Shown here: in pieces, positions 28,068 through 40,838 of the stretch
How the letters are laid out: each line of letters begins with the position of its first letter
Numbering within the stretch: position 1 is the stretch's first letter
Source: Eledone cirrhosa
Taxonomy: Eukaryota
Assembly (NCBI GenBank): GCA_964016885.1
Contig: OZ024747.1
Location: 55,738,001 to 55,802,000, forward strand
DNA length: 64,000 bases
Direction: 5' to 3'
Made by a program: the position numbers and the translations under genes
The notes under the pieces: model-generated
Database searches by the model: none
What the model was told of the DNA's origin: nothing
Seen by the model: only the letters and a program-made list of their open reading frames with translations

Positions 28068-29542
28068 ATTTTAATAAATAATGAATACATAACCAGTTCG
28101 GGGATGGGACTGGGCTTGAGGGGATTATTTCAAAATGATAAATTCAATTATCTCTCACACAGTGATTAATAAAATATAGTGTTATTATAAAACATATAAA
28201 CAAGAATTGTTGCATTTTTTTTTTTTTGAGATCAGTTAACCCACTCATAACCCCATTTCAAATTTATACTTTCGCTATGCGTGTTCTAATTAATTTTGTG
28301 AGTAATCAGGAATTTTAATAGTTAATTAAAATTTCCAATTTTTCCAATCTTAACCCAGTCTTGATGGTGAATTAGACATTACAATGTAAGACAATCTTGC
28401 AATATGTCATCTAGGTTTTTTACATTCGCAATTCAAACCTCACTGAGGACATGTCTGATATTTATCCTAGGGTTATTAAAGCAAAATACTAATCAATTTG
28501 AATAAATCAACACCAATACATTGATCTATTCCAATGAATCAATGTAAGGTGGTGGATTGACAGAATTGTTAGAATGTCAAATTGCCATGTGTTATATAAG
28601 AGGATGGAGTTTGAACCAATGACCTTTACCTTGGGATATGGACTTTAGTGAATCCACGTCACACGTGTCATTGCTAGAAATAATTAGCTCCCAATTTTCA
28701 TGACCAATTATTTTTACACAGGCATAAATGTCCATACGTGTGTGTGTGTGTATATTTATATGTATATATACATACACACATAGACATATTAGTGTATAGA
28801 TACACACACACACATCGACATATTTGTGCATATAAATATATATAAATATATATATATAAACATGTGTGCGTGTTAATACCATTAGCAAAATTATTATTGT
28901 TGTTGTAGTTCAAAAAGCCTTCAAGTCACTGATTTACCACATCACTTGGCACTGCTCTTTGAAAAAAAAGAGAAGTTTTTTTTCCTTGACATTATCCTCA
29001 CTCGTTATTTGACCAGTCACCAACTTCTAATGTTGTTATCAACAAAGTTATAAAATGGAAGAATTAGATGCTAAACCAAACTGATTACCAAAGTTTATTG
29101 AGAGAACTCAGTAAAAATGTCCAGCATTACTATTTTTGTTCTTGTTTTACCAAATATATTTTCATATCTTTTATATTTTTTTTTTATTTTGGAAGTTGGG
29201 TTGCAAATTTTATGTAGAGTTAAGGTTCTTTGATTGTAACTAGCCATCAGTAAATACATTCAACTAAGGGTAAAATTTGGATGAAAATTAGCTTTTAACT
29301 CTGGTAGAAAAATAAGCAATTCATCATTATGATGATATTGATAATAGTATTCATATATATATATATATATCAATATATATAGAATTAGGATCTAGCTTCA
29401 AGCATAATTGAATACACATATGTATTGGAATTTTGTATTTCTAAAGAAATATGGTATGTTTATAAATAAACATTTAGAAAGCTGTAGCTATGCAAAGACA
29501 CCAGTGACTATCGCCACCTGGCGGTATCCCGCAGAACCAAGT

Positions 29543-29598
29543 GGGACAATCGTCGATGTGCATTTTGAACTGAACTGGTTTTCATCAGGATGATCCTT
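29543..29598 (-). ncRNA. Degenerate minimal hammerhead ribozyme (GAAA changed to AAAA)
   Basis: Minus strand catc-CTGATGA-aaaccagttcagttc-AAAA-tgcaca-TC-gacg. Confidence 0.55.
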
Positions 29599-29661
29599 CG
29601 CATTCTTGAAACTGCTGGGCTTTGAAAACAGGTAAGAATATATAGTTTTCTCATCTGCAGG

Positions 29662-29718
29662 AGGGAGCGTTCTGACGAAAACCAGTTCCGTTCGAAATGC
29701 ACATTGACGATTGTCCCT
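29662..29718 (+). ncRNA. Minimal type-I hammerhead ribozyme
   Basis: aggga.g.cgtt-CTGACGA-aaac cagttcc gttc-GAAA-tgcaca-TT-gacg.attg.tccct; stem I cgtt/gacg extended by aggga/tccct; stem III near-palindromic ATGCACAT. Confidence 0.7.
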
Positions 29719-30220
29719 CTTGCTTCTGCTAGACACCACCAGGTGGCGATAGCCACTTGTGCTTTTGCATAGCTACAGCTTTCTAAATGTTTATTTATAA
29801 ACATACCGTATTTCTTTAGAAATATGAATTTCCAATACATATCTATATATATATATATATGTTTCGCTCTCCCTCTCTACACATAGGTATTATTTTTTCT
29901 TTGCCAATTTATTCTAGGGTTGCTCATGGTTGCAGAGTTTTCTCACATACCTTCCAGAGGATCCTATCAGAATTTGTTTAATAAACTTTAAACAAGATCA
30001 ACATCACTGCATAACAATCTAAACCCTTATTATTATTATTAGGTGATGGGTTAGCAGTATCCGTAGAGCATTGGACGACATGCTTCACGGCATAAATTTA
30101 TGGACTTTTATGCTCAAATCTTATGGAGTCGATAAAATTAAGTACCAGTAATGTATTGAGATCAATTTCATCGACTTCCACTTTCTACAAAATTGTTGGT
30201 ATTGTGCCTAATGTAGAAAC

Positions 30221-30253
<33 letters not shown>

Positions 30254-30256
30254 CAT

Positions 30257-30755
30257 TTTAATTGCACATCATTACTGCTTTACTGAGCACAGCTCTATAT
30301 GCCTTGTGTATGGGCTGTGTAGTTTTTACAGGTGTTGTTTCGATCGTATTGATTTACTTTTCATAATGTGTGCAGTGCCTACTAGTGATATTTTTTGTAT
30401 GCTGTATACATTTGAAAGTCCTGGTGTTTTGGTTATGTATTTTTCTCTCTGTATTTTTTTATCATTCGTAGAGAACCTATTATTATAGATATTCTTTCAG
30501 TTTTCATTTTCTACATTCAAGTCAATTCTATCTCTAGATCTTTATATTTGGAGAGTTTCTCGATTTCCTTGGAAGATATATTGTCGTCTGTGGGGATTTT
30601 TTCCTTTGTGCTTTTTTACTATGATACCTGGCTGGTTGGCTTTGACATCTCTGTCTGTATCTATAGGCATATCCCAAAAAATGGTTGTTTTGTCATTCTC
30701 TAACACTTTTTCTGGTGTGTATTTGTACCATCTTTTTTCTGTTGGTATTTCATAA
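30257..30755 (-). mobile_element. Decayed R4/Dong LINE 3' fragment (second family) between (ATT)n tracts
   Basis: Reverse strand encodes ...EKYITKTPGLSNVYSIQKISLVGTAHIMKS and upstream WYKYTPEKVLENDKTTIFWDMPIDTDR. Confidence 0.8.
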
Positions 30756-30769
30756 TTATTATTATTTTA

Positions 30770-30995
30770 TTGGAGTCTCAGTCATTGATGTTATTTAACT
30801 GGAAAGTTTGTTCAAATGAACATTAAGCCCCTATCTACAGCCTCAGATATTTAGGATGTATCGGAGGGTTGTTGCTGTTCCCAACAAGCATGCCCATGTT
30901 CCAAAAAAGGGGGCTGGACTAATGTTCTTTAACCATCCTTGAAAACTCTTCAAGATAATACCTATTGCTCTTATGACAATCGGGACAACCATGAT
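30770..30995 (-). mobile_element. Decayed 3' end of the same R4/Dong family as 43637-44293
   Basis: Reverse complement matches 44070-44290 (gcatgcttg.t.ggaac.gca, tctgaggctg, aacatcaatgactgaga). Confidence 0.8.
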
Positions 30996-31040
30996 CTCTT
31001 ATTAATATTATTATTGTTATTATTATTATGATATCTAGAT

Positions 31041-31232
31041 TGGTGGATTGGCAGTATCGGTAGAGGGTCGGACGCCATGCTTTCCAGCATAGTTACGTCC
31101 CTTTACGATCTGAGTTCAAATCCCGCCGAGGTTGACTTTGCCTTTCATCCTTACGGGGTCGATAAAATAAAGTACCAGTAATGCACTGGGTAATTGCTGG
31201 CCTTGTGCCTAAAGTAGAAACAATTATTATTA
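31041..31232 (+). mobile_element. Family-A SINE, near-consensus
   Basis: A/B boxes, core and tail. Confidence 0.9.
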
Positions 31233-31802
31233 TGATATTTAAAAGAGAGAATGGGTAAGTTAGATATATGTGTACCAGTGACTATCACAATCATGAATTT
31301 AATGTCCAGATGAGACCTAAATTATATGTATTTATCAATATTCATAACTTTTATTTTCAAACATCTCTTTGTCTTAACTATACTCATTATATTATCATGC
31401 TAAACCTGATTTGTTTCACTTTTATTGAGAAATATTTTTCTTATGATTGGAAAGTGTTTATTTCTGTAATTTAATATCAAAATTGTATTTTTAATGTTGG
31501 TTATGGAAATTCAACATTTTTTATAAGGTGTCTACTGAGAAATAACTAGGTTTAGAATTTATTCCTTTATCTTCCTGTTGTACAAAACTAATCAAATGTA
31601 TCTGTAGATCAACAAGAAGTATAACATATAGTTTTAATGAGTTATAAATGAAGAATATTGAAATTTGCGTATATCTGAGTAGGTTTTAATTAGATGAGGT
31701 ATGGACATACCATCTTTTTTAGTATATAAAAATGTCAAGTTAATAGCACTTTAGGTTTAATTAGATGGAATATGTACACACAACTGTATAGATAAATATA
31801 TA

Positions 31803-32171
31803 TCATCATCATCATCATCATATCTACCTCAGTCTCCTCTCCCGTACACTACATTCTATCCCTCTCAGACACAGTTTCTCTCTCAACACATTTATGCTGG
31901 GTCGTTCACGCACATTTACACTGCACATCCAACGGAGCATGCTTGCCTCATTTCACTCCAGCCGTCGCATATCCTCTGCGGTTGCTGCCCATGTCTCACT
32001 ACCATGCAGCATCGCGCTCCTCACACAGGCATCATACAACCGGCCTTTCGTACGCAGGGGGAAACCCTTCTTCATCAACAGAGGAAGCAGCTCCCTAAAC
32101 TTCTTCCAACCCGTCCTTATTCTAGATACTATGGCCTCGGAACACCCTCCTCCCATCCTAATCTGATCTCC
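31803..32171 (-). mobile_element. RTE LINE internal fragment (different subfamily)
   Basis: [32 protein letters not shown]...[20 protein letters not shown]; premature stop. Confidence 0.9.
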
Positions 32172-32513
32172 TATATATATATATATATATACAGAGAGAG
32201 AAAGAGAGAGGATGTCCCCCAAAAATTTATATTACCTGTACAGGCAATATTTATTAGAATGCACAGCTTTGTATATACATATTTGGAGGCAGCCTGTGTA
32301 TATATTTATATGTGTGTGTGCCATTTTAGTTCATAGTTTTCTACCAAAGCCCGTTTGTAAAAATTATGGTAGACTTTTGGTACTGTAAGCTTTTGGCAAA
32401 GAGTCACATCATGTTTTTTCTTCACTTTTGAAAGACCAACTACAGTTGATGTTTATCTACCTGACTATATATCCTTTCATGTATCAATCTCAACAGCTAT
32501 ATCACTAAACATA

Positions 32514-32686
32514 TATAGTGAAATTCTGTTATAACAAAATTCATGGAATATGAAAAAAATTTGTAAGGAAAATTTCTTAAATTCTTTATAACATGATCGA
32601 CCGAAACAAATCGAGTGTTTGAAAAAAATTTGTTATACTGACACATTTGTTATAATGGTATTCGTTGTAATGGAATTTTACCAGTA
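32514..32686. mobile_element. Tigger/pogo-type MITE
   Basis: Imperfect TIRs tatagtgaaattctgttataacaaa / ttcgttgtaatggaattttaccagta. Confidence 0.55.
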
Positions 32687-32719
32687 TATATATATATTAT
32701 ATATATGTATATATATGTA

Positions 32720-32778
<59 letters not shown>

Positions 32779-32818
32779 TTCAAAATATTAACAAAATAGA
32801 TATTCTTGGGATCAATTA

Positions 32819-32885
32819 TATTTTATTATACATATTTCAGAGGTACAGAGTTAAGTTTAACAGTACATCCTCATCAGATAAAATA
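32819..32885 (-). ncRNA. Minimal type-I hammerhead ribozyme with intact core, in a 200 bp insert (about 32772-32972) between (TA)n tracts
   Basis: Minus strand TATTTTAT-CTGATGA-ggatgtactgttaaacttaactctgtacctct-GAAA-tatgta-TA-ATAAAATA; perfect 8 bp stem I; stem II gga/tct, gtac/gtac, gttaa/ttaac. Confidence 0.8.
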
Positions 32886-32973
32886 GGATGATGCATGACA
32901 TACCTTGACATAGTAGATGATTAAGATTCAACTCATTCTTTGATGTATTCATTGAACCTTGTTTAACTTTTAA

Positions 32974-34577
<1,604 letters not shown>

Positions 34578-34620
34578 TACAATATTAAATAAATGGAAAC
34601 TATATTTATAAAACCATATT

Positions 34621-34686
34621 TATTTCATTATATATATTTCAGGGATATCATATTAACAATATGCTATGCCTTCCTCAGACAAAATA
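34621..34686 (-). ncRNA. Minimal type-I hammerhead ribozyme (mirror copy of 34822-34887)
   Basis: Exact reverse complement of the plus-strand motif. Confidence 0.7.
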
Positions 34687-34821
34687 CAATATAAACAGTT
34701 TTATAGATAAATAGATTTGACATGCCGTAACAACATCGACTTGTATTTGAATACGTTTCAAATACAAGTCGATGTTGTTACGGTATGTCAAATCTATTTA
34801 TCTATAAAACTGTTTATATTG

Positions 34822-34887
34822 TATTTTGTCTGAGGAAGGCATAGCATATTGTTAATATGATATCCCTGAAATATATATAATGAAATA
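34822..34887 (+). ncRNA. Minimal type-I hammerhead ribozyme with intact core
   Basis: tattttgt-CTGAGGA-aggcatagcatattgttaatatgatatccct-GAAA-tatata-TA-atgaaata; stem I 8 bp with two G.U pairs; stem II agg/cct, ata/tat, catatt/aatatg; palindromic stem III ATATATAT. Confidence 0.72.
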
Positions 34888-35023
34888 AATATGGTTTTAT
34901 AAATATAGTTTCCATTTATTTAATATTGTAAATATACTCCAAATACTTGTCGAGTGCTTTTATATCAGTTATAAATATTTACTAGTTGTAACCCAACAAT
35001 TTAAATATAACTTTCCATATATG

Positions 35024-35112
<89 letters not shown>

Positions 35113-35214
35113 GTATGTATATATATATATGTATGTATATATATATATGTATATATATATATGTATGTATATATATATATGTATATATATATATGTATGT
35201 ATATATATATATGT

Positions 35215-35276
<62 letters not shown>

Positions 35277-35277
35277 G

Positions 35278-35308
<31 letters not shown>

Positions 35309-35960
35309 GTATATATATATGTATATATATATATATAACAGTCACTCTCTCTGTTAGCCTCTTCCTCACCCTTCACTCACTCACTCTCTGTTACTACCTC
35401 TCCCTCCTCCTCTTTCTTCCCGTTTGGCCTGTGCATAATTCTTTTCTTTCGCAAGCTTGGCCAGGCTGGTCGGCATTTTTTCTCTCTCTCGTCTACGATT
35501 TCACAGAACTTATGTTTACCGAATTCACAGACTAGACACCTTCTTCCTCCCGTTAGACCTGTGCGAAATTCCTTCCTTGCTCACATTTCAACCAGGTTTG
35601 ATGGTCTTTATTCTGTCTCGTTCACAATTTCACCGAACTTATATTCATGGAAATTTTTGGACTTGACTCGCTCTTCCTCACTTTTCGTTACTTCACCATC
35701 TTTGTTTGTTTACACTCTCGCTGTTCCCTTTATTTACATGTCCCAACGACTTTCTTTAACCGTTGCTCGCACCAACCGGAGGTATGTGGTCTTTAAAGCG
35801 AAGAAATACCGATGAGGGTTGGAAGATCACTGATGAAGGACCACTTTATTCATATGTAACCCATTTGCAACTCTGCCGCACGTTTATTCTCATATATATA
35901 TGTATATATATATATATGTATATATATATATGTATATATGTATATGTATATATATATATG

Positions 35961-36025
<65 letters not shown>

Positions 36026-36190
36026 CTATATATATGTATATATATATATGTATGTATATAGTGTAGGAGGTGAGTTTTATTGTAGTACAATAAAGCAATG
36101 CAGATATCGGATAAGAAGCACTCTACAGTTTGTTGGACTGGAGTATACATAATATATAAGAACAAAAGATGGTTAAAGGAGTTCCATGTA

Positions 36191-36257
36191 TTTTATTATG
36201 CGCATTTAAAAAACAAATATCATCATGCAATAATATTTGTGTTTTCATCAGATAAAA
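36191..36257 (-). ncRNA. Minimal type-I hammerhead ribozyme, probably inactivated (GAAA changed to TAAA)
   Basis: Minus strand TTTTAT-CTGATGA-aaacacaaatattat tgcatg atgatatttgttttt-TAAA-tgcgca-TA-ATAAAA; 15 bp stem II with one mismatch; palindromic stem III ATGCGCAT. Confidence 0.8.
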
Positions 36258-36755
36258 CAGGAGGACATGATATGAAGGCTAAAAAACACTTGTGGATAGT
36301 TCAGTTTTAAATCAACATATGAGAAGTAGTTTTAGATTGATGTGTGATATTGGGAAAAATATTTTATTTAGAGGGGGGGTGGAAAGGATGAAAAAAAGAG
36401 ATGAGAGTGAAGGTGGAGAGGGAGGAGTATAGTGAGGAAGGATGAGATAGGAGGAGAGATGGGTGATAGAGAGAGAGAGATAGTTTTTATAACTGAGAAA
36501 GATATATTGTTTTTACATAGAGAGGTTGAAAACCGTTGGAAGATAATGTATAAATTAAAAGAATTTGAAAATTAACGAAGAGAAAAAGAGAAAAATGTGT
36601 GCGAAGAAAGAGAAGGAGTTAATATGTATTGAGAATAATGAGTTAGATGATAGGGAGAAAAGAATAATGAATTGCGGATGAATATTCTAACGTCAAAAAA
36701 AATGTATATGTTTACGAAGGATTTTTATAAGGTGATATAGAGTAAGAATGTGTTG

Positions 36756-37511
36756 TCATCATCATCATCATCATCATCAACGTTTAACGTCCGTGTTCCA
36801 CGCTTGCATGGGTTTGGACGGGGGTAGTCCCACTTGAGGCAAGAGTGATTGTCTTGCTCGCATAGGACTGTCTGGCAGGTTTTCTACAGTTGGATGCCCT
36901 TCCTAACACCAACCACATTTACAGTGTGGGTCTGGGAGGTTTTTACCGTGTTGCCTACACGGCCACATTACAGCGTGGACTGTGTGTTTTTTTGTCGTGA
37001 CACCTACACGATCTCATTTGTTTCGGCCTCGAAGGCGCGGCACCAACATAACTTTACATAGAACGGGGTGGTGTGGATCGGGTGGGGGTGGGGGTGGTGG
37101 GACGGGGTGTATTTTGTTAGAGATGCCTACTGGCTGGAGTAGGTTTTACTATATATTTAGGTAAGGCGGGTCTTCTCTGTTACTGAGTACCGCCAAAGGT
37201 CTCGGTCCAGTGACATTGTCTTGGAGAGGTGTAAGTGTGTGATGTCGGAGTTTATCAGCTCGTCCCAGGTTTTTCTAGGTCTGCCTATTCCGTGACTACC
37301 GTCTACCTTTATTGCCCTGCACTTTGTTATACAGCTATCGACTTTCATGCGCATCACGTGTCCATACCAACGTAGCCTTCTCTCGAGTAAACAACATCTG
37401 ATCCCTCTTATCTCTAATTTTTTCCTTAGTTCGTTTATGCTTTGCCGTTCACGTATATTACTGTTACACATCCAGCGGAGCATGCAAGCTTCGTTCCTCT
37501 CTAGTCTGCGT
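36756..37511 (-). mobile_element. RTE LINE 3' copy, nearly identical to 17483-18236
   Basis: Same 3' UTR and ORF tail ([14 protein letters not shown]...SVTEKTRLT) with only a few substitutions. Confidence 0.95.
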
Positions 37512-37984
37512 TAATAATTGATTCTATGTTAGGCAAGAGTGAGAAAAGGTACAGATTAGGGGTTAGATATTAGAAGAGAAGAAAAGGAAATGATAAATAT
37601 GGGTGATGTAGAAAGAGTCAACAAGTATTATAGGAATTTGAAAATTAACGAAGAGAAAAATAATGTAAAGTTAAGGTTTGTATATTGAAGGATTTGATAA
37701 TATGTGCGAAGAAAAAGAAAATGTTAATATGTATTGAGAATAATGAGTTAGATGATAGGGAGAAAAGAATAATGAATTGAGGATGAATAATCTAGCGTAA
37801 AAAAAAATGTATATGTTTACGAAGGATTTTACAAGGTGATATAGAGTAAGAGTAATGAGTAAACAAGTATTATAGAATGTATAATAACCTTTGAAATAAG
37901 GTAGAAAGATGGGTATATTTTTAAAAGAAGTGTATATATATGTGCCTTTGAGAAAAAGATTCTAAATTGATAAAGAATTGAATA

Positions 37985-38310
37985 TTAGCTGTATACTTTG
38001 TGAAATGTTTTATGGAATTTATGCAAGCAGATAGAAAACAAGTCAGTGCGTCTATTTATTATAGAATCTAGATTAGAGATAATGGTAAATTTTTCATTTA
38101 GACAGAGATTGCAGATTTTAGATAGAGAACTGTTCAAGTCTGAAGACACAGAAGAAACCTTCTTCCAAAAGATGCTATATTTAATGTTTTTGTCTTTCAA
38201 GGACCATATGAGTTCTGAGAGAGCCGTGTTGGTTCTTTTAAGTTTGTATTTAAAAGATGAATGATGGTTATAAAGACGAGCTTTAAAAGAGATGGAAGTG
38301 GAGCCAAAAT
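37985..38310 (-). pseudogene. Penelope-like element GIY-YIG endonuclease, C-terminal part
   Basis: [21 protein letters not shown]...[11 protein letters not shown]...W...[11 protein letters not shown]...[13 protein letters not shown]: YIG-like strand, catalytic R, H, E and N positions, plus CxxC...CxH pattern. Confidence 0.85.
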
Positions 38311-38380
38311 ATTTTGGCTCCACTTCCACCTCTTTTAATTTATGTATATATATATATATATGTGTGTATATATATATATA

Positions 38381-38413
<33 letters not shown>

Positions 38414-38478
38414 GTGTATATATATATATGTATATATATGTATATGTGTGTATATATATATATATGTATATATATGTA

Positions 38479-38512
<34 letters not shown>

Positions 38513-38872
38513 CTATATTTATTTATTTATTTGTTTATGTTCATACACAGCACAAAAGCGCTGCCTATGGTTTCAAGACCCACTATTGGCCAAATCTCCA
38601 GATTGTAAGAGGGATCAAAATTGTGCCCTAACCTTCAGTACCTCAACATTCCAGCTAGGAACACTATTAACAACTTCATCAAGAATGGAGAAAATGAACA
38701 CCTATAAGGGATTTATAAACATTCCACTTATATTTCACAGCAGTTTGTTATTTAGCAAGAATATCTGAAGTGAATCGACAAAATCTTTTTGATGGTGATG
38801 TGTATATTCCTGATATTTTATCCCTCCCTTTATATAAATTGATGAAATAAGTATTAAGGCTGATGTGTTCAA

Positions 38873-39045
38873 TTAACCCTTTAGAATTTACATTACTCTA
38901 TGCTATTACTATTGTATTTTCATGGTATTGTCTTTACTTCATATAATTATCTCACATAATCTCGAATCTGGTTAAAACCGATTTAAACAGAAAGATGTGA
39001 GAGAATTCTGGCTTGATATGGCTGGCTTAAATGTTAAAGGGTTAA
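38873..39045. mobile_element. piggyBac-type MITE
   Basis: TTAA-ccctttagaattta...taaatgttaaaggg-TTAA. Confidence 0.75.
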
Positions 39046-39414
39046 ATGACTTCAAGGCGATATCCCAGCATGACCACAGACCAATGACTGAAACACATCA
39101 AATTATTCACGCACACACGCACGCACGCACACACACACACACACACGAACACACATACACACACACACACACACACTTTATATGGTTTGGACTTTTCTCA
39201 GTTTGATGAGTGTTTCAGTTTGTTGAATAAGGGAAGAATCTGCTTCTGAAATCAGCATGTAGGTGGCTAAGCATTCTACACTTAGTTATACACTTAAGGT
39301 AGCTCACATCAAGATTCAGCATAACACAGTATATGGCATTTTGCCAGCTGCGTAGATTGGAGTGTCTTGCTCAAGAACACAACACAATGCCTGAAACTGA
39401 ACTCACCAGTATAC

Positions 39415-39705
39415 AATAATTGTTTCTACAATTGGCACAAGGCCAGCAATTACCCAGTACATTACTGGTACTTTATTTTATCGACCCCGTAAGGATGAAA
39501 GGCAAAGTTAACCTTGGCGGGGTTTGATACAGTATATAATAATTGTTTCTACTTTTGGCACAAGGCCAGCAATTATCCCAGTGCATTACTGGTACTTTAT
39601 TTTATCGACCCCGTAAGGATGAAAGGCAAAGTTAACCTCGGCGGGATTTGAACTCAGATCATAAAGGGAGGTAACTCTATGCTTCAAAGCATGGCATCCG
39701 ACCAT
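39415..39705 (-). mobile_element. Two tandem family-A SINE copies (one partial)
   Basis: Reverse-complement core ctggtactttattttatcgaccccgtaaggatgaaaggc occurs twice. Confidence 0.9.
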
Positions 39706-39960
39706 TACACCACCCTACAGTATATAATAATGAACCAAATACACTAGTAATAAAACCATGTTCCTTCATTTTATCTGTATATAAATACAAATATACAATC
39801 ATCTATTTTACAATCATATATAAATACAAATATACAATCATCTATTTTATCATCTATATATCCTACTTAGATATTTCACCCTCTCTCTCACCATTTGTTC
39901 TCTTCCACCATCTCTGCATAGTCTGTTAATAGACCCTCCCTAATGTCCACGTCCAATCTA

Positions 39961-40011
<51 letters not shown>

Positions 40012-40012
<1 letters not shown>

Positions 40013-40605
40013 CTTAGTCTTAGGTTCTTCCATGCCTTTTGGCGCATTGAGCAGTAAGGAGTCTTCAATGATCACAATCACCAGCGACTTTTTGGAAGGT
40101 TCGTCCCTAGGTGATCTTGATGCATCCCAGCTTCCATTTTCCAGCAGGTGGAGTCCAGTTAATTGTTGTTTTTGAATGTCGTTCATTGGTCAGGTGTAGA
40201 ATATGGCTACCCAGGCAGCACTAGCACTCAGTGACCACCCTCTGCAACATCTACTACTCAACTCTCCACAGGATATCCTTGTTTCACACTCGGTCATGCC
40301 AGAATGCATGAAGGATCCTTCACAGGCACCACTGGTGAAATGCATTTAGCTGTCTCTCTATCTTTGCCATGATCTTCCAAGTTTCACTCACGTAAAGCTC
40401 TGTTGGCTGCACAATGCTCTTGTACAGGCACAGCTTGATCCTGGTGCTGATGCATGATGATGACCAGTCTGGGTACATACGCTGGAAAACTGCAGCTCCT
40501 TTGCCGATCTGACAGCTGATGTCAAGCCCTGCAATGCCATTGTTTGCCAGGATGCTGTCTAAATAGTTGAAGTGATTGACTTCTTCCAGGTCTTGTTGGA
40601 TCCTT
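40012..40605 (-). mobile_element. Old RTE-group LINE 3' fragment, not evident in the ORF track
   Basis: Manual translation QDLEEVNHFNYLDSILANNG...DISCQIGKGAAVFQRM...ISTRIKLCLYKSIVQPTELYVSETWK...LNAFHQWCL*RIL; 3' end ctaagactaaga. Confidence 0.8.
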
Positions 40606-40788
40606 CAGCTTCTCCATTGCATAAGGCTTCAGTGTTTCCCTTTCATGTCTGTTTCTTCAGGTGCAGATGTAGTTCAGTACTCAGTAAGTGGTGGTCTGAG
40701 CCCACCACGTCTGCACCTTGGTACACTCTGTCATCACACACCAAGGACCTCCAGCATGGGTTGATGCAGACATAATTGATCTCATTGT

Positions 40789-40837
<49 letters not shown>

Positions 40838-40838
<1 letters not shown>

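Larger units (their letters stand above)
29380..29842. mobile_element. Fold-back Penelope-like pLTR remnant 1 (arms about 29418-29600 and 29660-29842; about 38 bp unpaired extension on the left)
   Basis: atatgtattggaa...gctgtagctatgcaaa...atcgccacctgg mirrored by ccaggtggcgat...tttgcatagctacagc...ttccaatacatat; (TA)n on both sides; hammerhead motif in each arm. Confidence 0.8.
34578..35018. mobile_element. Fold-back Penelope-like pLTR remnant 2: near-perfect 353 bp palindrome (34578-34930, loop 34752-34756) plus about 88 bp right extension
   Basis: Arms of about 174 bp with one visible mismatch (catgccg / cggtatg); (TA)n on both sides; hammerhead in each arm. Confidence 0.9.
36061..38338 (-). 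mobile_element. 5'-truncated Penelope-like element: GIY-YIG C-terminus, long pyrimidine-rich 3' region with an internal direct repeat, hammerhead near the 3' end; interrupted by an RTE insertion
   Basis: ORF 37985-38310, repeats at about 36561-36748 and 37635-37850, HHR at 36191-36257, 56 bp fold-back at the 5' break, (TA)n flanks. Confidence 0.8.

Noticed and set aside
35810-35860. CCGATGA and CTGATGA hammerhead half-cores
   Set aside because: No downstream GAAA or stem III found
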